DNA of 64,000 nt from Dehalococcoidia bacterium (GCA_965207365.1 OZ242281.1:2367218-2431217); one strand, 5' to 3'. Counted from the stretch's first letter, positions 37,668 to 47,940 are shown. Notes: a model not told the origin generated them from the sequence alone. Made by a program: numbers and translations.

Positions 37668-38534
37668 GTGCAAGCGGTGAAATATGCCCGCGCCGGCAGC
37701 GTGGAAGAGGCGGTCAGCCTCCTGCAAGACGGAGGCGATACTGCGCGTCCGCTGGCAGGTGGAACCGATGTCATCGTGCAGGCGCGGGAGCGCACACGAG
37801 ATATCGGCCTGTTCGTCGACATCAAGCACATTCCCGAACTCATCAGCATCGAATACTCGGCCGACTCCGGTCTGACGATCGGCGCAGCGACGCCGTGCTA
37901 CCAGCTCTACGGCGACTCCACGATCTCGGAGCTCTATCCGGCGCTGGTTGACTCGACCTCGCTGATCGGCGGCACGGCGATCCAGGGACGCGCGTCCCTG
38001 GGCGGCAACCTGTGCAACTCCTCGCCCGCGGCGGACGGCATTCCGTCGCTGATCGTGCTCGAGGCGCAGGTGGAGATTGCCGGCCCGAACGGTCGCCGTA
38101 CCGTCGCGGTTGAGGACTTCTGCACCTCACCAGGACGCAACGTCCTCGGCGACGGTGAGTTCGTCGTCAAGCTGCACTTCCCGGCGCCCGCCGAGGGATC
38201 AGGCGCGCGATTCCTGCGCTTTATTCCGCGCAACGAGATGGATATCGCCGTCGCCAATGCCGCGACGCAGGTCCGCCTGGCTGCTGATGGCGCCGTGACC
38301 TGGGCGCGTGTGTCCGTTGGCGCGATCGCGCCGACGCCGCTGCTCGTCTCGGAGGCCGCCGACGCATTGGTCGGTCAGCCGCTGAACGAAGAAACGATCG
38401 CCGCCGCCGCCGCCGCATCGAGCGCTGCGGCCAACCCGATCACGGACATGCGTGGCAGTATCCGCCAGCGAGTGCACCTTGCCGGCGTGTTGACCGAACG
38501 CACGATCCGACAGGCCGCTGAGCGCGCTGCCTGA
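37668..38534 (+). CDS. FAD-binding medium subunit of a molybdenum hydroxylase (CoxM/XdhB-like)
   Basis: GTG after AGGAGG. ...ARPLAGGTDVIVQ...GGTAIQGRASLGGNLCNSSPAADG. The ORF-track start at 37587 was rejected. Confidence 0.85.
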   Translation: MQAVKYARAGSVEEAVSLLQDGGDTARPLAGGTDVIVQARERTRDIGLFVDIKHIPELISIEYSADSGLTIGAATPCYQLYGDSTISELYPALVDSTSLIGGTAIQGRASLGGNLCNSSPAADGIPSLIVLEAQVEIAGPNGRRTVAVEDFCTSPGRNVLGDGEFVVKLHFPAPAEGSGARFLRFIPRNEMDIAVANAATQVRLAADGAVTWARVSVGAIAPTPLLVSEAADALVGQPLNEETIAAAAAASSAAANPITDMRGSIRQRVHLAGVLTERTIRQAAERAA

Positions 38535-38571
38535 CCATCAGAATTGATCGATCAACGGAGGAACATTGTTC

Positions 38572-39054
38572 ATGACCACCACCGAGCACATTGTCGTCAA
38601 CTGCACCATCAACGGCGAGCAGCAAGTCTTCCTGGCCAACGAGCGCGATTCGCTGCTGGAAGCGTTGCGCGACCGGATTGGACTGACCGGCGCCAAAGAG
38701 GGTTGCAACAATGGCAACTGCGGCGCCTGCTGCGTCAACATGGACGGCCGGATCGTGAATAGCTGCCTGGTGATGGCAGCCGAGTGCGAAGGCTCAGAGA
38801 TTCGGACCGTTGAAGGACTCGCCTCCGGCGACCAGCTCTCTCCCTTGCAAAACGCCTTCCTCGAGCAGGCGGCGCTGCAGTGCGGCATCTGCACGCCGGG
38901 CTTCCTGGTCGCGGCCGAGTCGCTGCTGGAGCAGAACCCCGATCCGTCGGAGCACGAAATCCGTTATTGGCTGGCTGGCAACCTGTGTCGTTGCACCGGC
39001 TACGACAAGATCATCAAGGCGGTCCAGCAGGCCGCCGGACAGAGCGTCGTCTAA
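38572..39054 (+). CDS. (2Fe-2S)-binding small subunit of a molybdenum hydroxylase (CoxS-like)
   Basis: CNNGNCGACCV and CGICTPGF...CRCTGY are the two 2Fe-2S motifs. Confidence 0.9.
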   Translation: MTTTEHIVVNCTINGEQQVFLANERDSLLEALRDRIGLTGAKEGCNNGNCGACCVNMDGRIVNSCLVMAAECEGSEIRTVEGLASGDQLSPLQNAFLEQAALQCGICTPGFLVAAESLLEQNPDPSEHEIRYWLAGNLCRCTGYDKIIKAVQQAAGQSVV

Positions 39055-39109
39055 ATCCTGACGGCTGCATGCCGTCTCATCTCAAGAATCACACGAGAGG
39101 ACTCTTCGC

Positions 39110-41410
39110 ATGGTTACCGCTCAGTCGCAACCACAGTCGGCAGAAACCGAGAAGTACAACGTCATCGGGACGCGACCGATCCGGCACGACGGTGTCGACA
39201 AGGTCACCGGGGCGGCGCAATACGGCGCAGATCTGAACCTGCCCGGTATGCTCGCCGGTCGCGTGCTACGTAGCCCGCACGCGCACGCGCGGATCGTCAG
39301 CATCGACACGTCCAAGGCCGAGGCGCTCGACGGCGTCCTCGCCGTGATCACCAACGCCGACTTCCCTCGCGCTTCCGACGAGGTGATCGACACCGGCGAA
39401 GGCACTGCCCAGCTCAACTGGGTCCTCGACAACGTCATCGCTTCGGACAAGGTGCTCTACAAGGGCCACGCCGTGGCCGCGGTCGCCGCGACCGACCATC
39501 ACATCGCCGAAGACGCTATTGAGCTGATCGATGTCGAGTATGAACTGCTCACGCCGGTCCTGGATGTGCGCGACGCGATGGTTGACGGCTCGCCTCTGCT
39601 CCACGAGAGCCTGCACACCGGCTCGATGGATGGCTCCAAGAGCGACAACCCCAGTAACACCGCGTCTCACCTGCAGTTCACCAAGGGTGACCTGGACGCA
39701 GGCTTTGCTGAGGCTGAAGTGGTCATCGAGCGAGAGTTCGAGACCTCGATGGCGCACCAGGGCTACATCGAGCCGCACAATGGCTCGGCCTACTACCGCG
39801 CCGACGGCACGCTGGACATCTGGACCTCGACGCAGGGCGCGTTTGTGGTTCGCGACTCGGTCGCTCCGCTACTGCAGCTTTCGCCGTCGCAGGTCAAGGT
39901 GACGCCGATGGAAATCGGCGGCGGCTTTGGCGGCAAGATTCCCGTCTACCTCGAGCCGCTGGCAGCGCTGCTCTCGCAGAAGACCGGCCGCCCGGTCAAG
40001 CTGACCATGAACCGCGAGGAAGTGCTGCTCGCGACCGGCCCGACCTCTGGCACATACATGCGCGTTCGCATGGGCGCCAAGCGCGACGGTACGCTGATCG
40101 CCGCCGACGTCCACCTGGCGTTTGAGGCCGGCGCGTATCCCGGCTCACCAGTCGGTGCCGGCGCGATGTGCGCCCTCGCGCCCTATGACATCCCCAATCA
40201 GCGGATCGACGGCTACGACGTGGTCGTCAACAAGCCGAAGACCGCTGCATACCGCGCGCCGGGCGCGCCGCAGTCCGAGTTCGCGACCGAGTCGGTGTTG
40301 AATGAGCTCGCTGAAGAGCTCGGCATCGACCCGATCGAGATCCGGATGAAGAATGCGGCCGAAGAAGGCGCGCAGCGCGCCGACGGCTTCACCTACGGCG
40401 TGGTCGGTAACGTCGAGTGCATGACCGCCGCCCAGGAGTCGCCACACTGGCAGTCGGAGCTTGAAGGACCGAACCGCGGTCGCGGCGTGGCCCAGGGCTT
40501 CTGGTTCAACATCGGTTTCGAATCCTCGGCCTATGCACAGGTCAACGGCGACGGTACCGTTCCGCTGGTCCTCGGCTCGACCGACATCGGCGGCACTCGC
40601 GCCTCACTGGCGATGCAGCTCGCTGAAACGCTCGGCATTTCCGCCGAGGAAGTTCGACCTCACGTGGTCGACACCAACTCGGTTGGTTACACGCAGGTCA
40701 CCGGCGGCAGCCGCACCACCTTCGCTGGTGGCTGGGCCGCCTACGAGACCGCCATGGACATCCGTCGCCAGATGGAAGAGCGCGCTGCCGTGATCTGGGA
40801 GTGCGACGCATCTGATGTCACCTATGGCGATGACGCGATCATCCGCGGTCCCGCGGACGAGGATGGTAACGACCAGCAGCTCACGTTCAAAGAGCTCGCT
40901 GCTCAGCTCGCCTCGACCGGCGGTCACATCGTTGGTCGCGCCGACGTGAACAAGACCTCCTCCGGTCCCGCATTCGCGACGCACATCGTCGACGTTGAGG
41001 TTGACCCGGACACGGGCAAGGTTGACATCCTGCGCTACACCGCCGTGCAGGACGCCGGCACGGCGATTCACCCCGCATATGTCGAAGGACAGATGCAGGG
41101 CGGCGTTGCACAGGGCGTCGGCATGGCGCTGAACGAGGAGTACTACTACGACGACTCGGGTGACCTCAAGAACGCCAGTCTGCTTGACTACCGGATGCCG
41201 ACTGCTCTCGACCTGCCGATGATCGAGCCGATCATCGTCGAGGTACCGAACCCCGGCCACCCCTACGGGGTCCGCGGCGTCGGTGAGGTGCCGATCATTC
41301 CGCCGGCCCCGGCCGTGCGGGCCGCGATTGCCAACGCAATCGGCGTACACATGTCGGAGCTGCCAATGTCCCCGCGCGCCATCCTCGAAGCGACGGTGCT
41401 CGACGAGTAG
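39110..41410 (+). CDS. Molybdopterin-binding large subunit, xanthine dehydrogenase / aldehyde oxidase family (not form-I CODH)
   Basis: 766 aa. The active-site loop reads AAYRAPGAP rather than AYRCSFR. It follows the M and S subunits. Confidence 0.88.
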   Translation: MVTAQSQPQSAETEKYNVIGTRPIRHDGVDKVTGAAQYGADLNLPGMLAGRVLRSPHAHARIVSIDTSKAEALDGVLAVITNADFPRASDEVIDTGEGTAQLNWVLDNVIASDKVLYKGHAVAAVAATDHHIAEDAIELIDVEYELLTPVLDVRDAMVDGSPLLHESLHTGSMDGSKSDNPSNTASHLQFTKGDLDAGFAEAEVVIEREFETSMAHQGYIEPHNGSAYYRADGTLDIWTSTQGAFVVRDSVAPLLQLSPSQVKVTPMEIGGGFGGKIPVYLEPLAALLSQKTGRPVKLTMNREEVLLATGPTSGTYMRVRMGAKRDGTLIAADVHLAFEAGAYPGSPVGAGAMCALAPYDIPNQRIDGYDVVVNKPKTAAYRAPGAPQSEFATESVLNELAEELGIDPIEIRMKNAAEEGAQRADGFTYGVVGNVECMTAAQESPHWQSELEGPNRGRGVAQGFWFNIGFESSAYAQVNGDGTVPLVLGSTDIGGTRASLAMQLAETLGISAEEVRPHVVDTNSVGYTQVTGGSRTTFAGGWAAYETAMDIRRQMEERAAVIWECDASDVTYGDDAIIRGPADEDGNDQQLTFKELAAQLASTGGHIVGRADVNKTSSGPAFATHIVDVEVDPDTGKVDILRYTAVQDAGTAIHPAYVEGQMQGGVAQGVGMALNEEYYYDDSGDLKNASLLDYRMPTALDLPMIEPIIVEVPNPGHPYGVRGVGEVPIIPPAPAVRAAIANAIGVHMSELPMSPRAILEATVLDE

Positions 41411-41429
41411 CGACCCACGCAGGCGGCAC

Positions 41430-41693
41430 ATGGTTACCGTCCTCATTCCCCAGCCACTCAGGACCCTCACCAACGGTGAGTCGGTCCTGACGGCTGAGGG
41501 TCATAACATCAGGGCGGTCGTTCGCAACCTCGCGCCGGACTACCCGGAGCTGGCTGAGCGCCTCGTCGATGGGGGCAAGATCGGCCGAGGTATATCGCTG
41601 GCAATCAACGGAGACGTAGTCTCGACGGGTCTGATCACAAAGGTCCCCGAGGGAGCCGAAATCGCAATCGTGCCCCAGATCAGCGGGGGCTAA
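41430..41693 (+). CDS. MoaD/ThiS-family ubiquitin-like sulfur-carrier protein (C-terminal GG)
   Basis: 87 aa, ending ...IAIVPQISGG*. The beta-grasp pattern is present. The longer ORF from 41283 was rejected. Confidence 0.68.
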   Translation: MVTVLIPQPLRTLTNGESVLTAEGHNIRAVVRNLAPDYPELAERLVDGGKIGRGISLAINGDVVSTGLITKVPEGAEIAIVPQISGG

Positions 41694-42021
41694 CGTTCAC
41701 GAGCCCGAGGAACAATCTCAGCGACTGGTCCAATCGTTGCGCATCCCGAACGCCGAGGCGCCCGACCTGAACTCGTAGTCGGTGACGCTTTACGGTTTGA
41801 ATCTTGTCAACCATGATTTCGGAGAGATTCTCTAAGCCATTTTCGTCATTCGGCAAGACAAGTACGCGAGTGAATGTTGGGACTTCAAACGCGGTAGTAA
41901 ATCCGCAGATTGTCACAGACTCGTTCGTATCCGCGATGTCTCCTTGTACCACCACGGCAGGCCGAGGCTTACTCATGTAATCGCCTCCACCAGCAACAAT
42001 CCAGATCTCGGCTCGCTTCAT
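41680..42021 (-). CDS. PemK/MazF-family toxin
   Basis: 113 aa. MKRAEIWIV...SKPRPAVVVQGD...VTICGFTT. The 3' end overlaps moaD by 14 nt (convergent). Confidence 0.75.
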   Translation of the reverse strand: MKRAEIWIVAGGGDYMSKPRPAVVVQGDIADTNESVTICGFTTAFEVPTFTRVLVLPNDENGLENLSEIMVDKIQTVKRHRLRVQVGRLGVRDAQRLDQSLRLFLGLVNVSPR

Positions 42022-42242
42022 TCAGTTTCGGGATCCTCAACCCAGATGGAAACTGAGTCGACCCAATCCTGGTCTTCCGAAGCCGTGGGACGTTGCGCCA
42101 GCGCTTCGTACTGCTTGGCCATCTCTTGGGAAAACTGAGAAGACTCTGGATCCAATGTCCATATGGGCATCGAGTCCCATTCGTCCAACAGTTCCTGAGG
42201 TGTTCGTTCTACGCCTTGTTCTGGCCGCTTCGAGGTGACCAT
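42018..42242 (-). CDS. Small acidic protein, putative cognate antitoxin of the MazF-like toxin
   Basis: 74 aa. It overlaps the toxin start by 4 nt, is Trp/Glu/Asp-rich, and has no recognisable MazE/AbrB fold. Confidence 0.45.
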   Translation of the reverse strand: MVTSKRPEQGVERTPQELLDEWDSMPIWTLDPESSQFSQEMAKQYEALAQRPTASEDQDWVDSVSIWVEDPETE

Positions 42243-42266
42243 GTCTTCAACTCCTCATCGCCGATG

Positions 42267-43517
42267 CTAGCTGGAGGCTTGTTGCTCCGGATGACTTGCG
42301 GTCAGTACCGCAATCGAGGCGGTGAAGCCGTGGAGGTAGTTTTCTCCTCCGACGGGGCCGATTTCTCCGTTGCAGAAGAATCCGGCGGTTGGCACGGGAC
42401 CGAAGATTTCGCTGAGCGCTCCTGCGTCGTGGTCCGGCTCTCCGAAGAGCCCACGGCCTCGCCCGTTGCAAGAGCAGAGGAGCGCGCCGAGGACTTCCTC
42501 TTCTGGAGCCAGGGCGTCGCGCAAGTCCGAGAGTCTGGTTCGCAGGTCGTCGTCGGCTGCCTGGGCGTCGCGGAACTGGAACTGGAAGGTCTGGCCGACC
42601 CTGGGTATTGCATTGATCGCGACGGTGCCCTGTTCGCGGTCGGCGCCCATCACGTTGCGGATCAGGAAGTCGCCGCGTTCGTGCGACTCCTTGTATTCGT
42701 CCATGGCGAGGCCAACGAGCAGATTACGCACGGCTCGCTCGCGAGTGGCATCGTCCAACTCGGAGAGCGTCTCTTGCAAGACCTCCAATGCTGGGCGTGA
42801 ACCCAATGACTTAACCGTATTGGCCTCACATTCGGTCACGATCCACGGCTGACCCAGCGGCTCTGCACCTTGTGCAACAACCGGTCTCACCGAGACTCCC
42901 TGCAGCCCCATCATTGCTGCACCGCCCATCAGCACGCGGTCGTCGATGAACACGGCGCAGCCTTGCTGTTGGCGATGAGACGATGCCATGCCGCCCAGCA
43001 GTACGATCTCGGGACGCAACTTTTGCAGGTGTGAGACGAGCTGGTCGGTCATGATCGTGAACGGATTGCTGAACAGCAGCCAGATGCTGGGTCCGTCCTC
43101 AATCGGTGAGAACAGATCGTCGGGCATGGATTGTGGATCGACGGCAATCGGTGTCAGCTCCGCACCAGGAAGAGACAGTCCCAGGATGGCAATCGCCGAT
43201 CCCTCTTCCGCCTCGAGTGACGATCCGATTACGCTCTGACCCGATGCGCCAATCAGATGGCGAGCGCCTGTTTGCTCTTTGAGACGGGCGATAATCTCTG
43301 CATAGTTGCCTGTGTATCGAGAGTCGACGAAGACGAGCAACAGGTCTGGTGTCGCCGTGAGATCCATGCCACGTAAGGCAGAGTCGCAGGCTGCTTCCCA
43401 CTCTGCTTCAAAGGCGACTGCAGCCGATGCTCCGGCAGTCGTCGTCTGTACTGTGGCCTGTCCCGGACCGCTCGAGCGACGGACCGTTTCGTCTGTGGTT
43501 GACGGTTGGTTAGACAT
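42267..43517 (-). CDS. FIST-domain sensory protein (FIST-N plus FIST-C)
   Basis: 416 aa. ...LLVFVDSRYTG... and the C-terminal GFFCNGEIGPVGG are typical of FIST-C. Confidence 0.7.
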   Translation of the reverse strand: MSNQPSTTDETVRRSSGPGQATVQTTTAGASAAVAFEAEWEAACDSALRGMDLTATPDLLLVFVDSRYTGNYAEIIARLKEQTGARHLIGASGQSVIGSSLEAEEGSAIAILGLSLPGAELTPIAVDPQSMPDDLFSPIEDGPSIWLLFSNPFTIMTDQLVSHLQKLRPEIVLLGGMASSHRQQQGCAVFIDDRVLMGGAAMMGLQGVSVRPVVAQGAEPLGQPWIVTECEANTVKSLGSRPALEVLQETLSELDDATRERAVRNLLVGLAMDEYKESHERGDFLIRNVMGADREQGTVAINAIPRVGQTFQFQFRDAQAADDDLRTRLSDLRDALAPEEEVLGALLCSCNGRGRGLFGEPDHDAGALSEIFGPVPTAGFFCNGEIGPVGGENYLHGFTASIAVLTASHPEQQASS

Positions 43518-43573
43518 CTGAACGTTCCGTTCGCTGAGGGTGCGGCTAGCATTTCAAAGGGTAACCTGCGGGT

Positions 43574-44581
43574 ATGACTCACATACCTGATACTTCCGAG
43601 CCATCCGACAAATCAGATTTATCCGACTTGCCTCATATGATGTCGCGTTCCGGCGACGATCTCGACGAGATTGCTGAGGCCGCGAGAGCTCTGGCCCAAC
43701 GTGGCGGCGACATCCTGATGGATCGCTTCCACGCCACGATCGAGATCTCGTTCAAGGGACAGAACGCACACGATCCTGTGACCGAAGTCGATCATGCGAT
43801 CGAGGACATGATTCGGGATGAGGTACATCGGACATTCCCAACGCATGGAGTGCTTGGCGAAGAACGCGACAACGGCGGTCCGCTAGATGCCGACATCGTC
43901 TGGGTGATTGATCCGCTCGACGGCACTTCAAACTTCATCAATGGGATTGGCATGTTTGCCTGTTCGATTGGCATCCTTCACAGAGGAACGCCGATCGCGG
44001 GAGCGCTGTGGTTGCCAACGAATCGATTCCTGGTTCCCGGCGTGTATCACTCGAAAGCCGGTGAGAGACTGATGTTCAATGGCGACGCGCTGGATTGCGG
44101 TGCGCCGGCGCTCCAGGCTGCGTCACGTTTGAGTACCGTTCCCGCCGGAACGGGCGGAGTGACTGGTCCCGCCGGGCGCCGGTTTGGCATCGCCCGCACA
44201 TTCGGCAGCACGGCGACCGAACTGGCGCTGGCTGCTGAGGGATCGGTGCAGATGGCGCTGTTCGACGGCTCTCGGATCTGGGATGTCGCCGGTGGCGTCT
44301 CCCTCTGTATCGCGGCAGGGCGAGCCGTCTACACCAAGGGCAGGGGCAGCGAAGAGCGTTGGCGTCCGTTTACAAGGTTTGGTGACAGGATCGACGGTCC
44401 GGTCAATATGAAGCAGCTACGCAAGTGGAGTGATCCGCTGGTCGCGGGCGACGCTTCAGTATTGCCGGACTCAGCCGCAGCGCTGAAGAGAGAGCAAAGC
44501 GTCGCCGCGACTGCGAAGCGCGCCGCCGTAAAGAGTGTCAAGAGGGCGTTTCCAAATCTGCCGTTGCCCTCGTATCCGTAA
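43574..44581 (+). CDS. Inositol monophosphatase / FBPase-family phosphatase
   Basis: GEERD...WVIDPLDGTSNFINGIGMFACSIGI gives motifs A and B. There is a C-terminal extension of about 60 aa. Confidence 0.85.
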   Translation: MTHIPDTSEPSDKSDLSDLPHMMSRSGDDLDEIAEAARALAQRGGDILMDRFHATIEISFKGQNAHDPVTEVDHAIEDMIRDEVHRTFPTHGVLGEERDNGGPLDADIVWVIDPLDGTSNFINGIGMFACSIGILHRGTPIAGALWLPTNRFLVPGVYHSKAGERLMFNGDALDCGAPALQAASRLSTVPAGTGGVTGPAGRRFGIARTFGSTATELALAAEGSVQMALFDGSRIWDVAGGVSLCIAAGRAVYTKGRGSEERWRPFTRFGDRIDGPVNMKQLRKWSDPLVAGDASVLPDSAAALKREQSVAATAKRAAVKSVKRAFPNLPLPSYP

Positions 44582-44608
44582 GCTGTCGTCTTGAAATTGC
44601 CCGTGCGT

Positions 44609-44708
44609 CGTCATACCCGCGCTCGCCGCGGGTATCTCGATGTGTTATGAAGGCGGCGTTGATCGCCCAGTCGGCGAGATTGCCGCGACGGAACGCGGCA
44701 ATGACGAA
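44609..44708. repeat. REP pair: family A (44609-44640) plus family B' (44673-44708)
   Basis: GTCATACCCGCGCTCGCCGCGGGTATCTCGA; GAGATTGCCGCGACGGAACGCGGCAATGACGAA. Confidence 0.75.
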
Positions 44709-44725
44709 GAGTTCGAGGATCGTGG

Positions 44726-45649
44726 TCAGGCGTGGACGACTGGCAGCACCTCGTCGAAGAGGCGCTGCGACTGATACATGATGGCATCGTCGCCGCGTGC
44801 CATGGGTCGCATGATGAATTTGCTGACGCCTGCAGCTCGGTACTCATTGACTCGCTTGAGAATGTCCTCTTCGGCGCCGACAGCGAAATAGGTATCGGGA
44901 TTGACCTCCGGCAGTCTGGCCTTGATGCCCTTGATGGTCATCTGCACGTCCGGGTCGTCCCACGAGCCGAAGTGGTAGCCGAATCCTGCGCCGAAGTGGT
45001 CGGGTTCGTAGTCGGTGCGTCCGGCCTCGGCGAGCGCGGCGCGGATCTGTTGAATGATTGGTCCGATCTCTGGCGCCGACTGGACCCCTGCGACCCAGCC
45101 TGTGCCAATCCTCGCGGTCCGGCGTATGGCGGCCTTGCTGTGCCCGCCGATCCAGAGCGGCAGTGGATTCTGTACCGGGCGCGGCGAGATGGTGGCGTTG
45201 TCGTAGGTGAAATGTTCGCCGTGATACGTGAACGATTCCTCGTTCCACAGCCCGTGGATGATGTCCAGCATCTCGTCGGCGATCGGTGCGCGCCCGCGTA
45301 GCTGACGGTGAGTGATGTTCCACTCGGGGGCAAAGGCGCCGCCGACACCGAAGGCCGGCAACATGCGGCCGTTGGAAAGGAAGTCGATCGTCGCGCACTG
45401 CTTGGCAAGCACCAGCGGGTCGCGGAATCCAACTACGACCACATTCATGCCGAACTTGAGCTTCTCGGTGCGCGCAGCCAAGGCCGCCATGAAGGTCATC
45501 GATTCCAGGATCGGCTCCCGCGAGATTAAGCGGTCTGTCTGCCAGATCGAATCGACGTTGTGCTCTTCACAGAGGTCAATCCAGCGCCACATGGTGTCAA
45601 CGTCGGAGAAGGGGAAATTGGCCAGTCCCATTCCAATCCGGTCACTCAT
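44726..45649 (-). CDS. LLM-class F420/flavin-dependent oxidoreductase
   Basis: 307 aa. DSIWQTDRL...NVVVVGFRDPLVLAKQCATIDFLSNGRMLPAFGVGG. Confidence 0.85.
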   Translation of the reverse strand: MSDRIGMGLANFPFSDVDTMWRWIDLCEEHNVDSIWQTDRLISREPILESMTFMAALAARTEKLKFGMNVVVVGFRDPLVLAKQCATIDFLSNGRMLPAFGVGGAFAPEWNITHRQLRGRAPIADEMLDIIHGLWNEESFTYHGEHFTYDNATISPRPVQNPLPLWIGGHSKAAIRRTARIGTGWVAGVQSAPEIGPIIQQIRAALAEAGRTDYEPDHFGAGFGYHFGSWDDPDVQMTIKGIKARLPEVNPDTYFAVGAEEDILKRVNEYRAAGVSKFIMRPMARGDDAIMYQSQRLFDEVLPVVHA

Positions 45650-45677
45650 GGTCGGTTCCTCCGGTGGTGTGCGTACG

Positions 45678-46331
45678 TTACTCGCCCAGCTTAAACGGTG
45701 GGTAGCGGTCAGTAATCAGCAGGAATCCGTAAGCGCTGATCCGCAGCCAGTAGCGGCCCACGCCCACGACGAAATCGAACAGCGGGCGCGGATAGCGTCC
45801 CGTCGCCAAGATCGCGAACCAGGATGCAATCACGGCGACCAGGCTGAGCACGCCCAGAATGATGCCGACGACGTAATGCGGAATCAACAGGATCCATTTG
45901 ATGATCGGCAGGAAACGGTTGAGATGCTCGGCATCCGGGTAGTCGAGATCAAGATGAACCGTCTGCTCTTCGTCGGTGGATGGATACTTGTCAGTGAGCA
46001 GCTCGCCGTACGCGCCGATGCGATATTGAAAGCGGATGAGCTCGAGCGAGAAATTGAACCACCAGCGTGGGTACTTCTGTCGGATCAGCAGCATCAGCAC
46101 AAGCGGCAGGAAGAAGGCGGCCGCGGCCGCACCGTTGACAGAGTTTTCGTCAATCAATCCATCGGCTGCGAGTGAGACCAAGATCACTGGCGCGATCGGC
46201 ATCAGCGCGGACAAGATCCAAATCGGAATGCTGAACGGGATCCGCAGCAGTGTGCTGAGCCGACCCAGGTGTTCGGGATAGTCAACCTGAAGTCGGGCCG
46301 GATAGGTGTCGGACTCGGTCTGGAGAGCCAT
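45678..46331 (-). CDS. DUF4389-family membrane protein
   Basis: YPARLQVDYPE...LNRFLPIIKWILLIPHYVVG. Start at MALQTE. Two TM segments. Confidence 0.55.
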   Translation of the reverse strand: MALQTESDTYPARLQVDYPEHLGRLSTLLRIPFSIPIWILSALMPIAPVILVSLAADGLIDENSVNGAAAAAFFLPLVLMLLIRQKYPRWWFNFSLELIRFQYRIGAYGELLTDKYPSTDEEQTVHLDLDYPDAEHLNRFLPIIKWILLIPHYVVGIILGVLSLVAVIASWFAILATGRYPRPLFDFVVGVGRYWLRISAYGFLLITDRYPPFKLGE

Positions 46332-46354
46332 GTGGTACCCCTTTCGGGAGCAGC

Positions 46355-46876
46355 TTAGCCATCTGATCGTATCGGACGCTGCCAAAAGCCCACGTCCCAG
46401 TAGCGGTCGAACTTTCGGCCTGCTTCTCTCCATACGCCGGTCAGCTCGTAGCCGCGACTCTCGGTCATGGCGATTGAGGCGTCGTTGGGCAGCGTGATCA
46501 GGGCGAAGAGTTGGTGCAGTTCGTCGACCTTCAGCAGTTCGTCGTAGAGCGCATTCCAGAGTCTTGTGCCCAGGCCACGGCCAACTTCGTCCGGCAACAG
46601 GTAGACACTCGTCGCGACGCTGCTGTTGTATGCGGCCTTGGGATAGAGCGGGCTGGAGTACGAGTGGCCAACGATTCTGCCATCCGGTTCGACGGCCACC
46701 ATCACGCGGTACGGTCCGCTATCGGAGTACTGCGAGAACCATTGTCGCTTGGTCTCGACCGTGTGCGGCTCGGTGTCGAAGGTTGCCGGAGTGGTGAGAA
46801 TGTAATGGTTGTACAGATCGGCGAGTTGACGGACGTCGGCGTCAACGGCGGAGCGGATTGTGAGATCGTCGATCAT
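46355..46876 (-). CDS. GNAT N-acetyltransferase (PAT/bar-like)
   Basis: IRSAVDADVRQLADLYNHYI...IVGHSYSSP...DEVGRGLGTRLWNAL. Confidence 0.8.
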   Translation of the reverse strand: MIDDLTIRSAVDADVRQLADLYNHYILTTPATFDTEPHTVETKRQWFSQYSDSGPYRVMVAVEPDGRIVGHSYSSPLYPKAAYNSSVATSVYLLPDEVGRGLGTRLWNALYDELLKVDELHQLFALITLPNDASIAMTESRGYELTGVWREAGRKFDRYWDVGFWQRPIRSDG

Positions 46877-46960
46877 GGGAGCATCCATGTGCATAGCAAC
46901 GCGAAACGGCGGGCTGTGAGGCCCGCCGTCAGCGTAGGTGCACTGTGTGTGGTCGACGGG

Positions 46961-47871
46961 CTAGCCGCCGATGACGTTGCCGGCTTCGATTGCGGGCCGG
47001 AAGATGCGTTCCATTTCCTCGGCGGCGCGTTCGACGGTCCACATCTCGGTGCCGCTGAGTTCGCGGATCAGCTTGTACTGGCTGTACAGGCCTATGTCGA
47101 AGCCCATCGCGCGGATGACCTGGCCGTTCATCCAGTCCGAGTGCTCGGAAGCCATGTAGGCAATCGGCACGGCGACGTTCGCGGGCGAGCGGCGCGGGTC
47201 GACGATCGCCTCGGAGTCCTCGTCGAAGCCTCGGCTGCGGCGCTCCTGCGGGACGGTGTCGGTCATGCGGGTGGATGCGCCTGGGCCGATCGCGTTTGAG
47301 GTGACGCCGTAGCGTGCGAGCGCGTTGGCGCAGCTATAGGTAAAGCCGACGATGCCCAGCTTGGCAGCCGCGTAGTTGGGCTGACCGGGAGCTCCGTGCA
47401 GGCCTGAACCGGACGTGAAGTTGATCAGCCGGTAGTGACCCTCGCGGTTGGCGCGCCAGTAGATCGAGGCGTACTTCGTGGTGTTGAAGGTGCCCTTCAT
47501 GTGTACGGCGACGACGGCATCCCACTCCGCTTCAGTCATGTTGAAGACCATGCGGTCGCGCAGGTTGCCGGCGACGTTGACGAGGATGTCCAGGCGGCCG
47601 TACTCGTCGAGCGCCTGCTGGATGATGCCCTCTGCGGCGTCGTAGTCGGCAACCGAGTTGTAGTTGGCGACGGCGTCGCCGCCGGCGTCGCGAATCGCCG
47701 CAACAGTGTCGTCGGCCGGACCGGCTTCGCCGCCTGTGCCGTCGACCGCACCGCCAAGGTCGTTGACTACGACCTTGGCGCCATTGGCGGCGAACAACTG
47801 GGCGACTTCCGAGCCGATCCCGCGACCGGCGCCGGTCACGATTGCAACACGATTGTCAAGCAATGCCATGA
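46961..47871 (-). CDS. SDR-family oxidoreductase (long-chain classical short-chain dehydrogenase, cofactor motif TGAGRGIG)
   Basis: Start at MALLDNR after AGGAAGG. ...NVAGNLRD...YAAAKLGIVGF. Confidence 0.9.
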
Positions 47872-47895
47872 TGTTGATTCCTTCCTGATTCCCAG

Positions 47896-47940
47896 ACCTC
47901 CCCCGTTGGGGGGGAGGTGTCACGACGTGACGGAGGGGGC
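47896..47940. repeat. Family-D double hairpin (CCTCCCCCGTTGGGGGGGAGG TGTCACGACGTGACGGAGGGGGC)
   Basis: A homolog of the 32121-32170 element lies between the tandem SDR genes. Confidence 0.7.

Noticed and set aside
40604-41473. 289-aa minus-strand ORF
   Set aside because: It is antisense to the CoxL-like gene.
45312-46175. 287-aa plus-strand ORF
   Set aside because: It is antisense to the LLM (44726-45649) and DUF4389 genes, both of which have clear family signatures.
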